Of a stretch of DNA of 64,000 bases, positions 23,693-36,899 are shown piece by piece (positions within the stretch are counted from its first letter, which is position 1; each line of letters opens with the position of its first letter). Location of the stretch: NCBI RefSeq assembly GCF_052425735.1, contig NC_135769.1:16988001-17052000 (forward strand), read 5' to 3'. Under the pieces are notes generated by a model, which was given only the letters and a program-made list of their open reading frames with translations, was not told where the DNA came from and ran no database searches. The translations under genes and the position numbers were made by a program. Source of the DNA: Oculina patagonica. Lineage: Eukaryota.

Positions 23693-24949
23693 TTACAGAC
23701 ATGTTTCTGTGTTATTATGAAGTTGTTCGATAGTTGTTAATATACCTAAAGCGTCCCCAGTTCTCATATATTTCGCAGACAAGTTGCGCACTCGATCAGT
23801 CCCTGCGTCTCCCGTTACTTTATTACTTTTTGTAATTGCTGTACACGTGGCCGTTTCTATATTCCCCGTGTCTGCTGCAGCAACAGACAATGGCAAAACG
23901 TTTCTTCTAGAAGTTGCTTCGTTAAATATGATTTCTGTCGTGACCATCTCTTCTTTAAATGCAGATGAAAATGAGAATGGTTTTGGTGCTGCTGTGATAC
24001 ACACCGATTCCTCAGTTCCATTAATTGGTTGCCCTTTTGTGGGCCCCACATGCACAACAGCTGCCTGTCTTCTGACTGTTTGCCTTTTCTTGCACAACAA
24101 CATATCACGGAGATGTTCACGGAAACTTTTTAATCGCATGCTGTACAAGACCGGATTAACACAAGAGTTAAAGGTGAGCAATAACGTACCACTCTTGTCG
24201 AACCACGAACCAACAACATCTCCACCCCAGGACACCATGATGTAAGCTGTCAAGTTCGGAATCCAAGAAGCTGCATAGATCACGCTGACTGCAATCAGCG
24301 TTATGGTAACTTGCTTTCGATAGCGTAGTGCAGCCCTCTGGGAAGCTTCTAAATTCTCGACTGTATTGAACCACAGGTGATGCACAACTCTGGAGTACAG
24401 GAACACCATGATGCACACAGGAACTATGCCTGCTAGAACCATCCAAACCAGGCTGTGCACTTTGTCTACGTCGCCAAGGTTGCCGCCACTTTTGCACAAA
24501 CGTGAGTTAGCTTGATAATATCTGGTCATAAAGGTAGGTATATTAATCAATAAAGCAAATTTCCATGCAAGGGCGATGAAGACCTTCAGACGTCGCCTTG
24601 TAAATCTACCGCGCTGGCGAAGCGGATGAATAATGGCAAAGTAGCGTTCAATGGCGATGTAGACCAAGCACAAACTGGACACAGCACCACCAACCCACGC
24701 TATAGCTCCGTCTGTGACAAATTTACACAGGTATTGACCAGTCTGTCCTTCGGGGTGGACAATGAATTGCATCATAATGTACTGAATACCTATGGACAAG
24801 GCGAACATCATGTCGGCGACAGCCAAATTGACCAGTAGATAATTGAGTGTAGTCTGCATGGGCTTTTTGAAAAGAACAGTTAAAACGACCAACGTGTTGC
24901 CGACCAGGGATATAAGTACAAGGATTGATAACGATACGATAAATATCAT
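23693..24949 (-). CDS. Class A GPCR copy 6 (type A, 418 aa)
   Basis: Intact ORF with a short compensated frameshift in the tail. Confidence 0.9.
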   Translation of the reverse strand: MIFIVSLSILVLISLVGNTLVVLTVLFKKPMQTTLNYLLVNLAVADMMFALSIGIQYIMMQFIVHPEGQTGQYLCKFVTDGAIAWVGGAVSSLCLVYIAIERYFAIIHPLRQRGRFTRRRLKVFIALAWKFALLINIPTFMTRYYQANSRLCKSGGNLGDVDKVHSLVWMVLAGIVPVCIMVFLYSRVVHHLWFNTVENLEASQRAALRYRKQVTITLIAVSVIYAASWIPNLTAYIMVSWGGDVVGSWFDKSGTLLLTFNSCVNPVLYSMRLKSFREHLRDMLLCKKRQTVRRQAAVVHVGPTKGQPINGTEESVCITAAPKPFSFSSAFKEEMVTTEIIFNEATSRRNVLPLSVAAADTGNIETATCTAITKSNKVTGDAGTDRVRNLSAKYMRTGDALGILTTIEQLHNNTETCL

Positions 24950-25139
24950 GTTAACACGAAAGCAGATCCACTTTGATCTAAAAGTGAAAACACATTATTA
25001 CAAATTAATGATAGCTTTTTCGGCACTAAAAGCGATCAGTGCAGATATTGCAATTCAACACGTACCTACACATCTGAGCCAAGTACATCGATTTTTCACC
25101 ATAATAATAACATATCTGACAGGTGATTATGAAATTATA

Positions 25140-25425
25140 AAAGGACTATGTGGAGCCATACTGCTGGAGCTTTTACTGGTTTCTTAAGCATTAAGCGACT
25201 AGAAGAAGTGTTTCTACTCCCTCCTGGATGGGATGCAAGTCCATCGCAGGGTTATCCCTAGCATTAAACCGCCATACCTATTTAAACACCTGGGTGTAGA
25301 GAGGCACTATAAAGGTAACACGTCTTGCCCAAGAAACCACACATGCAATGATCCCGGCCAGGGCACGAACCCGGACCTCTCGAACCGGAGTCCATCGTAC
25401 TAACCATTAAGTCACAGCGTCTTCC
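25140..25425 (-). mobile_element. tRNA-derived SINE (duplicated with the unit)
   Basis: Near-identical to 18260-18545 in the same position. Confidence 0.8.
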
Positions 25426-26017
25426 ATATCTTGTATATATTAGGTGGTCCTTATTTCAAATACATAACTGTGTTCTGGTGTGAAATTCCCGTTAAGCCCG
25501 CGAATATTACAAAAAAATTCGGAAAGAGAACCTGTTTTAAATAACTCCCTCCAGCTGATGAATACCATCTATTACCAAGTAAGAGAGAGGATATTCAAAT
25601 CAGTGCTTCTTTTACCTACCTTAACGCTTGGCTGCAAAGAGCCCATACCGTTGCTTTCAACGTTATAATAGGTACAATTTTTCCAACCGAAAAGTACAGT
25701 TACATCCGAAATAAACAACGAGGGTCTTTTCTTTTGGAACTGTCTAAATAATGTAAAAAGAAAATTAAAAATTTTGCGGTCGAACCTACTTACGATTTCA
25801 CGAATGACGACAAATGGTACAGCACGGCTTGAAAAGCACTGTGTTGGAAGAAGAAATGCTTCTGTGATGCAAAGCTTTGGTTTTAAATTACTGATTCCAA
25901 AGCCTTTTCGCCTCTTTATGTACAGAAACATTAATTTGAATTCATTATTGTCTTCCTTTAAGTACTGTTTTTAGAAGGACTGCAATTGACTCAAGCTCCA
26001 AACAAAGCTAAACAAAA

Positions 26018-27113
26018 TCAAAGGCGCTTTGTTAGCCCACTCGTGAATGAGAATACTAAATGTATTGGTGTAGAGCTATGAAATGATTCTGTCTTTTTGT
26101 GAGCGGCATGTTAATATAGAAGTTGTTTGAAGGGAGATATGATCACGTTGGTTCCTTGTGTTTACAGCGGACGCGGGTAATCCATTCAAAAGCCTTCGTT
26201 ATATAACACTAATTTCTACCATAAAGTGCAAGCTTGCAAACGCGTTGAGTAGTGGCAATGCGTTGGCCCTCCAGTCCAGCGGCCCGGGTTCGATTCTCAG
26301 CAGGGACGATTAATTTTTTTTTTACGACAATCTATTTTACAATTTTATACGACGTCTTTTTTTTTCTTTCTCCTTTTTTTATGAATCTATTAGAGATGCA
26401 AATCAAGTACTATACAGTATATTATTAAAAGGCAACAAAATTCGTCAGTTTGGCGAGCTTTTTTACGATAAATTATTTACGTATCATGACTATCGATTAT
26501 CATACAATACGCTTGGAACTATAAAACATTCAGAGACTGCTAAAATTTGACTTTATTCATACAATTGTCCTGAGATCAACCTTTTAATACCCAACACAGT
26601 CGCAGTCCACAGTTCGTGCCTGGAAAATCTAAAAATTCGATCAAAACACGGAATGTCAGTTCAGTGTTTCGAAGATTTTCATATTTTCTCTAAGATTATT
26701 TCTTCTATTTGTCATGTGAAATTCTTAAGAGCTATAAATCGAGCCATTCGAAGAAGCTTTACATACAAGCCATTTAACTTTGAACCTACGGTATCGGTAA
26801 TCGTACTAACAACAACACAAAGAAATCTATATGCTAATTTTCAGCCCAAATGATCAGTACGCCGAAGTTGTCAAGCGGTAGGGGGTTTGGTCTTCAAAAA
26901 CATAGTTGATGTTAGGAGTCGCCGGTTCAAACCTCAGAAGTGTGAAACAAAAAGTTTAAAAAAAAAACAAGGAAAATTAATTTATAATTTAATGCATAAA
27001 TTATTATTCATAAATTAAAGTTAACAGCCCATCGACCGACCGACCGACCGACTGAAAATTTGCATATCACTTTCCATAACCATAACAATACTCGTTTCAT
27101 TACATTCACGAGT
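26018..27113 (-). mobile_element. Helentron-associated non-autonomous element (HINE/DINE-1-like)
   Basis: Inserted in an A-run with no TSD (empty site ~19131). Asymmetric IR ACTCGTGAATG 26039-26049 / CATTCACGAGT 27103-27113. Terminal hairpin CAAAGGCGCTTTG. (CCGA)n microsatellite ~27033-27052. Confidence 0.8.
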
Positions 27114-28228
27114 AAAAAGGAGAAAACAAATGAAGGAATGATGAGAGTCGATATTGTTCAGCGGTCCCTATTTATCTTTTGGGTATAATGCTAAATAAAC
27201 ATTTATTTTATTTCATTTTTAATTAATTTTTCTTACCTCAGTATTTGTCTTCACGATCAGTAGGCAAAATTCGTAGGCACAGTTCATGAAGAATTTTTTG
27301 GTGATAACAAGTGTTTTTGGATTTCATTACACAACGGAGTTTTCGACCAAGCTTGAAAACATGCAAAAGAGGGTTTTCTTCGTGAACAAAAATTGCTTCG
27401 AAAACTATTAGTAGTTTACATGGTTTTTTATATCTATAAGAATAAGCACTTTTGATTACTTTGGCGCCCTGCCGAGTTGTTATTGGATTTTCATTTTCGT
27501 AAGACAAAAGGCCTTTTATAAAAAGTTCTACACCTGCATGCAAAAGACCCTTGACACGGTTTTTACATCTATTTCCTATTAACAGAAAAAGTGCTCATGG
27601 AACGTAACGTGACAATAATTTTACACTTCCTAGGGTCATCACTGAATAATAGATGTGTTTTCAATCAGTATAGCACTGACGCTGGGCATCCGGATGGCCT
27701 TTTGGTAACTTTCATCTTTTCTCTGTTGTAAAATTGTTGCATTGAGTAAATAGATGCTGGTCTGCTGCCGGCTGTAGCTTGCATCCCTGTGGTGTTTGCA
27801 ATTTTTTCTCAAATCTATGTAATGCTTACTACGAACTCGCTTCTAAAGGCGTTCCCACAGCTTTCAGTTCTTTTTTTGCAAAAACGGTTGCTTACATAAC
27901 ATAACATAAAACTTTACAGACATGTTTCTGTGTTATTATTGAGTTGCTGGCTTGCATTAGCCTTTAAAGTTGCTAAAGCACCTAAAGCTTTTTCACTTTT
28001 TATATTTTCCTGAAGACAAGTTGAGCAATAAGTCCCAGCTTCTCCTGTTACTTCTTTACACTCTGTAAATGTTGTGAATGTTGCCGTTTCTTTTTTTCCT
28101 ACTTCTGCTGCAGTGCCACAAATTGTCAAAGATTTTCTTTTGGATTTCACCACGTTGAGTGACGTTTCCGTCGTGGTAATTCCTGCTGAGGAAAATGAGA
28201 ATGGTGTTGGTGCTGCTCTATTACGTGC

Positions 28229-29179
28229 TTATTCCTCAGATCCATTGCTTGGCTGCCCTGTTGCAGGCCCCACATGCACAACACCTGCCTGTCCTCTTGC
28301 TGTTTGCTTTTTCTTGCACAACAACATGTCACGGAGATGTTCACGGAAACGTTTCATCCGCATGCTGTACAACACCGGATTAATACAAGCGTTGAAGGTT
28401 ACCGATAATGTACCACTTTTATCGTACCACGAACCCATAACCACTCCACCCCAGGATTTTAAGACGTAAACTGTCAAGTTTGGAATCCAGGAGACTGCGT
28501 ATATTACGCTGACTGTAATCAGCGTTGTGGTAACTTGCTTGCGATACCGAAGCGCAGCCTTCTGGGAAGCTTCTAAATTCTCGGCTGGCTTGAACCACAA
28601 GTGATGCACTACTCTGGTATACAGGTATACCATGATGCCTACAGGGATTATGCCTGCTAGAATAATCCAAACCATACTGTCTACTTTGGCCTCCACGTCG
28701 CCAAATTTACCTTCCTTTCCGCACAAACGTAAGCCAGGTTGATAATACCCCGTGCTCATAAAGTCAGGAACATTTATCAAAAAAGCAAAACTCCATCCAA
28801 GAACAATGAAGACTTTTAGACGTCGCCTTGTAAATCTACCGCGCTGGCGAAGCGGATGAATAATGGCAAAGTAGCGTTCAACAGCGATGTAGACCAAGCA
28901 CAGAATGGATACAGCACCACCAACCCACGCTATAGTTCCGTCTGTGAAAAATTTGCACAAATATAGGCCTGTCTGTCCTTGGGGGTGGGCAATGGACGGC
29001 ATTATAATATACTGTATACTTATGGACGAGGCGAACATCATGTCGGCGACAGCTAAGTTGACCAGTAGATAATTGAGCGTAGTCTGCATGGGCTTGTTGA
29101 GAAGGACAGTTAAAGCTACCAGCGTGTTGCCGACCAGGGATATAAGTACAAGGGTTGATAACGCCACGATGAATAACAT
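28229..29179 (-). CDS. Class A GPCR copy 7 (type B); 316 aa to TAA, frame stays open to 27914
   Basis: Near-identical to copy 3. Confidence 0.9.
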   Translation of the reverse strand: MLFIVALSTLVLISLVGNTLVALTVLLNKPMQTTLNYLLVNLAVADMMFASSISIQYIIMPSIAHPQGQTGLYLCKFFTDGTIAWVGGAVSILCLVYIAVERYFAIIHPLRQRGRFTRRRLKVFIVLGWSFAFLINVPDFMSTGYYQPGLRLCGKEGKFGDVEAKVDSMVWIILAGIIPVGIMVYLYTRVVHHLWFKPAENLEASQKAALRYRKQVTTTLITVSVIYAVSWIPNLTVYVLKSWGGVVMGSWYDKSGTLSVTFNACINPVLYSMRMKRFREHLRDMLLCKKKQTARGQAGVVHVGPATGQPSNGSEE

Positions 29180-31693
29180 CTTAACAAGTATTCAAAGTCA
29201 CTTTGATCTAAAAGTGAAAACACAAAATGAGAAATTTGCTTCTCTCACTAAATGAAATCAGTGCAGATATTGCATGCACCTACATATCTAAACCACCTTG
29301 AACGAGGAACTGAGTGACGAGCGAATAACGTCGAATACGAACAAATAAAAACGAGTCCTGGAATATAGCGTCAGCCCGAGCGTATCGACCTACCAAACTT
29401 TCTCTAATGTTTATGTTATAGGTAGTCTAAGTACATTACTGCGTTCTGATTTTATATAATTCGCGAAAGAGAACCTGTAATACTTCCCTCCAACCACACC
29501 AATACCATCTATTAGCAAATAAGAGAGAGTTTGTAGAAAAAACCTTTGCAAATACCCATTAAGCTGGATCAGCGTCATGAAACGTATCATATTTTTCAAT
29601 CTAAAAGTACAGTTGCATCCAAAAGTAAGAACGAGGATCTCCTCCTTTTTGAAAATTTTGCGGTGAAGCCTACTTACGATTTCACGAATGGCGGCAAATG
29701 TTACGGTACACCATGAAGAAGAATTCACGGTATCGAAAATCTTTTCGCCTCGTAATGACCAAAGTGTATAGATTGTATTCATTATATTTTCATTATTAAA
29801 GCTGACTGTTTTTTAAAAGGACTACAATTGACTCTAACCTCCAAACAAAACTAAACAAAAAAGGCAGAAAACAAATGAAGAAATGATGAGGTTTTTTATT
29901 GCTCAGCAGTCCTTATTTATCTTTCTTTATAACGCTGAATAAACATCTGTTATTATATTTAAATGATTTTTTTATTTTCTTGTGCTTGGCTACACGATCA
30001 GTTGACACAATTTGTAGCCGAACTGTTCATGATCAGTTACCTTTTTGTAAAACAAGCTTTTCTGGATTACGTTTAACAAACAGCGAAAATTTGGACCAAG
30101 CTTGAAAACATATAGATGAGAACTTTTTTCCCGAACAAGAAACACTCAACAATCTATTCATACAAATACTATTATCATTGTTTTGAATTTCCGTAACCAT
30201 TAACACTGTTTAAATAATTTTGACGTCTTACTGAGGTTTTATAAGATTTTTCATTTCTCAAATCAATAGGCCTTCATAAGAAGTTATAAACATGCAAACT
30301 GTTATTATACACAGGAAGCGAATGCACAAGACCCTTGCCAAGGTTTTAACAATTCATTTCCTCCCAAGAGGGAAAACACTCAAGTAACGTGGCCATAATA
30401 GTATTTTACATCCCTCAGGTTCAAGACTAGTTCTAAGCATTGATAACTAAGCATAACTAAGCATAAGAATGAACGTTTAAAGATGTACGTTATATAGAGG
30501 CGTGTTTTCAATTTGTGAAGATCTTTACTATTGCATTGGCATGGATGGCTTTTTCGTAACTTTGATATTTTCTTTTTTGTAAAATTATTGCATGGAGATG
30601 CTGTTAATAAAACACTGTATTGACTTTCGCCTGTCAGGATTCCACAAATCTGTCATTTTAATTTACCTTGAAAGCGCAAATTTAATTTATCGGCGGCTAG
30701 GGTCTCTTTGGTGGTCTGTATGCGCCTGTATGTCAATCTGTTATCATAAGACTGAACTGACATCTTGACAGCAATATTGTATTCTCCACCGTTAACAGGA
30801 ATGAGATTTTCTTTTTCATTAGGTAACGTTTTCTTCTTGCCTAAGCATAACCACACGCAAAAGCATAACTAGTAAGCATAACCTTAAGCATAAGCCCATT
30901 TGAAGAAGGAGCCGGCACATTCATTCCACTTGCGCTGTCTTCACTAGGAATATGCATAAGGAAAGGAAGAAGAATTTCTCTTTTGCTTATGCTTATGCCC
31001 CTTGAGAAAAGTATAAAAGAATGAGGGCGTTCGCTCTTTTAATGCGCTTATGTTTATTCTTGTGTTTGTGCTTATACCCAATTAGCCTAGCCTTTAAAGT
31101 AAACATACAAGAGTCTTGCATTTTGCAAAATTTTTATGTTATTTCAATTTCCGTTATAGTGGCTGACAAAGACGAGGACGATTGACTCTTTTTTTCGAGC
31201 TTACTGGTGAAGATTAACTTAACTGTGGTTATTATGCCATGCCGAAGTCTACGCCCGGCAATTTGGCTAGTTCGCTATGGCAGAAAGAGTTGTCCATATG
31301 TTGTTTTTAAGAATGAACGGTCTTATTGGAATAAAGCTGAAATTTATAGACAAAAGTCACAATACATCGGCAGTTTTCGAAGGCTCATATTTCTTGCGAA
31401 CATCGCGATAGCCGCCTAGCTTTCGGTACACATACCAGATAAAGAAACTCTTAAAGTGACCACTCAAACCTTGTAATCGACAACAATGGGATCATTTCAT
31501 CAATCTGTGTTCTTTAACAGTGGTACCAAGTGCCTTAAATGTCCTTTCTACAGCATTATTCAAAAGGACATCAATAAAACTGAGACAGTTATTTACCCGA
31601 TTTAAGGCGCACTCAATACTGCGCGGCAACAACTTCGCTGCAAACCGTTCAAAAGGACAATTCCTACAACTTCCATCTTTTAAGTTTGATTAC

Positions 31694-32953
31694 TTACAGA
31701 CGTGTTTCTGTGTTATTATGAACTTGTTCGATAGTTGTTAATGTACCCAAAGCGTCCCCAGTTCTCATATATTCCTGCACACAAGTTGCGCACTCAGTCC
31801 CTGCTTCTCCCGTTACTTTATTACTCTTTGTAATTGCTGTACATGTGGCCGTTTCTATATTACCCGTGTCTGCTGCATCAACAGACAATGGCAAAAAGTT
31901 TCTTCTAGAATTCGCTTCGTTAAATATGATTTCTGTCGTGACCATCTCTTCTTTAAATGCTGATGAAAAAGAGAATGGTTTTGGTGCTGCTGTGTTACAC
32001 ACCGATTCCTCAGTTCCATTAATTGGTTGCCCTGTTGTGGGCCCGACATGCACAACAGCTGCCTGTCCTCTGACTGTTTGCCTTTTCTTGCACAACAACA
32101 TATCACGAAGATGTTCACGGAAGCTTTTTAATCGCATGCTGTACAAGACCGGATTAACACAAGAGTTAAAGGTGAGCAATAACGTACCACTCTTGTCGAA
32201 CCACGAACCAACAACATCTCCACCCCAGGACACCACGACGTAAGCTGTCAAGTTCGGAATCCAAGAAGCTGCATAGATCACGCTGACCGCAATCAGCGTT
32301 ATGGTAACTTGCTTTCGATAGCGTAGTGCAGCCCTCTGGAAAGCTTCTAAATTCTCGACTGTATTGAACCACAGGTGATGCACAACTCTGGAGTACAGGA
32401 ACACCATGATGCACACAGGAACTATGCCTGCTAGAACCATCCAAACCAGGCTGTGCACTTTGTCTACGTCGCCAAGGTTGCCGCCACTTTTGCACAAACC
32501 TAAGTTAGGTTGATAATGTCTGGTCATAAAGTCAGGAACATTTATCAAAAAAGCAAAACTCCATCCAAGAACAATGAAGACTTTTAGACGTCGCCTTGTA
32601 AATCTACCGCGCTGGCGAAGCGGATGAATAATGGCAAAGTAGCGTTCAATGGCGATGTAGACCAAGCACAAACTGGACACAGCACCACCAACCCACGCTA
32701 TGGCTCCGTCTGTGACAAATTTACACAGATATTGACCAGTCTGTCCTTCGGGGTGGACAATGAATTTAGATTGTATCATAATGTACTGAATACCTATGGA
32801 CAAGGCGAACATCATGTCGGCGACAGCTAAATTGACCAGTAGATAATTGAGCGTAGTCTGCATGGGTTTGTTGATAATGACAGTTAAAACTACCAGCGTG
32901 TTGCCGACCAGGGATATAAGTACAAGGGTTGATAACGCCACGATGAATAACAT
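31694..32953 (-). CDS. Class A GPCR copy 8, B/A chimera (419 aa)
   Basis: Type B upstream region and N-terminus (MLFIVALSTL), type B TM4 patch, type A remainder. Ends TETRL. Confidence 0.9.
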   Translation of the reverse strand: MLFIVALSTLVLISLVGNTLVVLTVIINKPMQTTLNYLLVNLAVADMMFALSIGIQYIMIQSKFIVHPEGQTGQYLCKFVTDGAIAWVGGAVSSLCLVYIAIERYFAIIHPLRQRGRFTRRRLKVFIVLGWSFAFLINVPDFMTRHYQPNLGLCKSGGNLGDVDKVHSLVWMVLAGIVPVCIMVFLYSRVVHHLWFNTVENLEAFQRAALRYRKQVTITLIAVSVIYAASWIPNLTAYVVVSWGGDVVGSWFDKSGTLLLTFNSCVNPVLYSMRLKSFREHLRDMLLCKKRQTVRGQAAVVHVGPTTGQPINGTEESVCNTAAPKPFSFSSAFKEEMVTTEIIFNEANSRRNFLPLSVDAADTGNIETATCTAITKSNKVTGEAGTECATCVQEYMRTGDALGTLTTIEQVHNNTETRL

Positions 32954-35457
32954 CTTAACAAGTATTCAAAGTCACTTTGATCTAAAAGTGAAAACACAAA
33001 ATGAGAAATTTGCTTCTCTCACTAAATGAAATCAGTGCAGATATTGCATGCACCTACATATCTAAACCACCTTGAACGAGGAACTGAGTGACGAGCGAAT
33101 AACGTCGAATACGAACAAATAAAAACGAGTCCTGAAATATAGCGTCAGCCCGAGCGTATCGACCTACCAAACTTTCACTAATGTTTATGTTATAGGTAGT
33201 CTAAGTACATTACTGTGTTCTGATTTTATATAATTCGCGAAAGAGAACCTGTAATACTTCCCTCCAACCACACCAATACCATCTATTAGCAAATAAGAGA
33301 GAGTTTGTAGAAAAAAACCTTTGCAAATACCCATTAAGCTGGATCAGCGTCATGAAACGTATCATATTTTTCAACCTAAAAGTACAGTTGCATCCAAAAG
33401 AAAGAACGAGGATCTCCTCCTTTTTGAACATTTTGCGGTGAAGCCTACTTACGATTTCACGAATGGCGGCAAATGTTACGGTGAAGAAGAATTCACGGTA
33501 TCGAAAACCTTTTCGCCTCGTAATGACCAAAGTGTATAGATTGTATTCATTATATTTTCATTATTAAAGCTGACTGTTTTTTAAAAGGACTACAATTTAA
33601 TCAACCTCCAAACAAAACTAAACAAAAACGGCAGAAAACAAATGAAGAAATGATGAGGGTTTTTATTGCTCAGCAGTCCTTATTTATCTTTCTTTATAAC
33701 GCTGAATAAACATCTGTTATTATATTTAAATGATTTTTTATTTCCTTGTGCGTGGCTACACGATCAGTTAGCACAATTTGTAGCCGAACTGTTCATGATC
33801 AGTTACCTTTTTGTAAAACAAGCTTTTCTGGATTAGGTTTAACAAACAGCGAAAATTTGGACCAAGCTTGAAAACATACAGATGAGAACTTTTTTTCCCG
33901 AGCAAGAAACACTCAACAATCTATTCATACAAATACTATTATCATTGTTTTGTATTTCCGTAACCATTAACACTGTTTAAATAATTTTGACGTCTTACTG
34001 AGGTTTTATTAGATTTTTCATTTCTCAAATCAATAGGCCTTCATAAGAAGTTATAAACATGCAAACTGTTATTATACACAGGAAGCGAATGCACAAGACC
34101 CTTGCCAAGGTTTTAACAATTCATTTCCTCCCAAGAGGGAAAACACTCAAGTAACGTGGCCATAATAGTATTTTACATCCCTCAGGTTCAAGACTAGTAC
34201 TAAGCATTGATAACTAAGCATAACTAAGCATAACAATGAACGTTTAAAGATGTACGTTATATAGAGGCGTCTTTTCAATTTGTAAAGATCTTTACTATTG
34301 CATTGGCTTGGATGGCTTTTTCGTAACTTTGATATTTTCTTTTTTGTAAAATTATTGCATGGAGATGCTGTTAATAAAACACTGTATTGACTTTCGCCTG
34401 TCAGGATTCCACAAATCTGTCATTTTAATTTACCTTGAAAGCGCAAATTTAATTTATCGGCGGCTAGGGTCTCTTTGGTGGTCTGTATACGCCTGTATGT
34501 CAATCTGTTATCGTGAGACTGAACTGACATCTTGACAGCAATATTGTATTCTCCACCGTTAACAGGAATGAGCTTTTCTTTTTCATTAGGTAACGTTTCT
34601 TCTTGCCTAAGCATAACCACACGCAAAAGCATAACTAGTAAGCATAACCTTAAGCATAAGCCCATTTGAAGAAGGAGCCGGCACATTCATTCCACTTGCG
34701 CTGTCTTCACTAGGAATATGCATAAGGAAAGGAAGAAGAATTTCTCTTTTGCTTATGCTTATGCCCCTTGAGAAAAGTATAAAAGAATGAGGGCGTTCGC
34801 TCTTTTAATGCGCTTATGTTTATTCTTGTGTTTGTGCTTATACCCAATTAGCCTAGCCTTTAAAGTAAACATACAAGAGTCTTGCATTTTGCAAAATTTT
34901 TATGTTATTTCAATTTCCGTTATAGTGGCTGACAAAGACGAGGACGATTGACTCTTTTTTTCGAGCTTACTGGTGAAGATTCACTTCGCTGTGGTTATTA
35001 TGCCATGCCGAAGTCTACGCCCGGCAATTTGGCTAGTTCGCTATGGCAGAAAGAGTTGTCCATATGTTGTTTAAGAATGAACGGTCTTATTGGAATAAAG
35101 CTGAAATTTATAGACAAAAGTCACAATACATCGGCAGTTTTCGAAGGCTCATATTTCTTGCGAACATCGCGATAGCCGCCTAGCTTTCGGTACACATACC
35201 AGATAAAGAAACTCTTAAAGTGACCACTCAAACCTTGTAATCGACAACAATGGGATCATTTCATCAATCTGTGTTCTTTAACAGTGGTACCAAGTGCCTT
35301 AAATGTCCTTTCTACAGCATTATTCAAAAGGACATCAATAAAACTGAGACAGTTATTTACCTGATTTAAGGCGCACTCAATACTGCGCGGCAACAACTTC
35401 GCTGCAAACCGTTCAAAAGGACAATTCCTACAACTTCCATCTTTTAAGGTTGATTAC

Positions 35458-36711
35458 TTACAGACATGTTTCTGTGTTATTTTGAACTTGTTCAATAGTT
35501 GTTAATGTACCTAAAGCATCCCCAGTTCTCATATATTCCTGCACACAAGTTGCGCACTCAGTCCCTGCTTCTCCCGTTACTTTATTACTCTTTGTAATTG
35601 CTGTACATGTGACCGTTTCTATATTCCCCGTGTCTGCTGCATCAACAGACAATGGCAAAAAGTTTCTTCTAGAATTCGCTTCGTTAAATATGATTTCTGT
35701 CGTGACCATCTCTTCTTTAAATGCTGATGAAAAAGAGAATGGTTTTGGTGCTGCTGTGTTACACACCGATTCCTCAGTTCCATTAATTGGTTGCCCTGTT
35801 GTGGGCCCGACATGCACAACAGCTGCCTGTCCTCTGACTGTTTGCCTTTTCTTGCACAACAACATATCACGGAGATGTTCACGGAAGCTTTTTAACCGCA
35901 TGCTGTACAAGACCGGATTAACACAAGAGTTAAAGGTGAGCAATAACGTACCACTCTTGTCGAACCACGAACCAACAACATCTCCACCCCAGGACACCAC
36001 GACGTAAGCTGTCAAGTTCGGAATCCAAGAAGCTGCATAGATCACGCTGACCGCAATCAGCGTTATGGTAACTTGCTTTCGATAGCGTAGTGCAGCCCTC
36101 TGGAAAGCTTCTAAATTCTCGACTGTATTGAACCACAGGTGATGCACAACTCTGGAGTACAGGAACACCATGATGCACACAGGAACTATGCCTGCTAGAA
36201 CCATCCAAACCAGGCTGTGCACTTTGTCTACGTCGCCAAGGTTGCCGCCACTTTTGCACAAACCTAAGTTAGGTTGATAATGTCTGGTCATAAAGGTAGG
36301 TATATTAATCAATAAAGCAAATGTCCATGCAAGGGCGATGAAGACCTTCAGACGTCGCCTTGTAAATCTACCGCGCTGGCGAAGCGGATGAATAATGGCA
36401 AAGTAGCGTTCAATGGCGATGTAGACCAAGCACAAACTGGACACAGCACCACCAACCCACGCTATGGCTCCGTCTGTGACAAATTTACACAGGTATTGAC
36501 CAGTCTGTCCTTCGGGGTGGACAATGAATTGCATCATAATGTACTGAATACCTATGGACAAGGCGAACATCATGTCGGCGACAGCCAAATTGACCAGTAG
36601 ATAATTGAGTGTAGTCTGCATGGGCTTTTTGAAAAGAACAGTTAAAACGACCAACGTGTTGCCGACCAGGGATATAAGTACAAGGATTGATAACGATACG
36701 ATAAATATCAT
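35458..36711 (-). CDS. Class A GPCR copy 9 (type A, 417 aa)
   Basis: Intact ORF ending TETCL. Confidence 0.92.
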   Translation of the reverse strand: MIFIVSLSILVLISLVGNTLVVLTVLFKKPMQTTLNYLLVNLAVADMMFALSIGIQYIMMQFIVHPEGQTGQYLCKFVTDGAIAWVGGAVSSLCLVYIAIERYFAIIHPLRQRGRFTRRRLKVFIALAWTFALLINIPTFMTRHYQPNLGLCKSGGNLGDVDKVHSLVWMVLAGIVPVCIMVFLYSRVVHHLWFNTVENLEAFQRAALRYRKQVTITLIAVSVIYAASWIPNLTAYVVVSWGGDVVGSWFDKSGTLLLTFNSCVNPVLYSMRLKSFREHLRDMLLCKKRQTVRGQAAVVHVGPTTGQPINGTEESVCNTAAPKPFSFSSAFKEEMVTTEIIFNEANSRRNFLPLSVDAADTGNIETVTCTAITKSNKVTGEAGTECATCVQEYMRTGDALGTLTTIEQVQNNTETCL

Positions 36712-36899
36712 GTTAACATGAAAGCAGATCCACTTTGATCTAAAAATGAAAACACATTATTACAAATTAATGATAGCTTTTCTCACTAAAAGCGATCAGT
36801 GCAGATATTGCAATTCAACACGTACCTACACATCTGAGCCAAGTACATCGATTTTTCACCATAATAATAACATATCTGACAGGTGATTATGAAATTATA

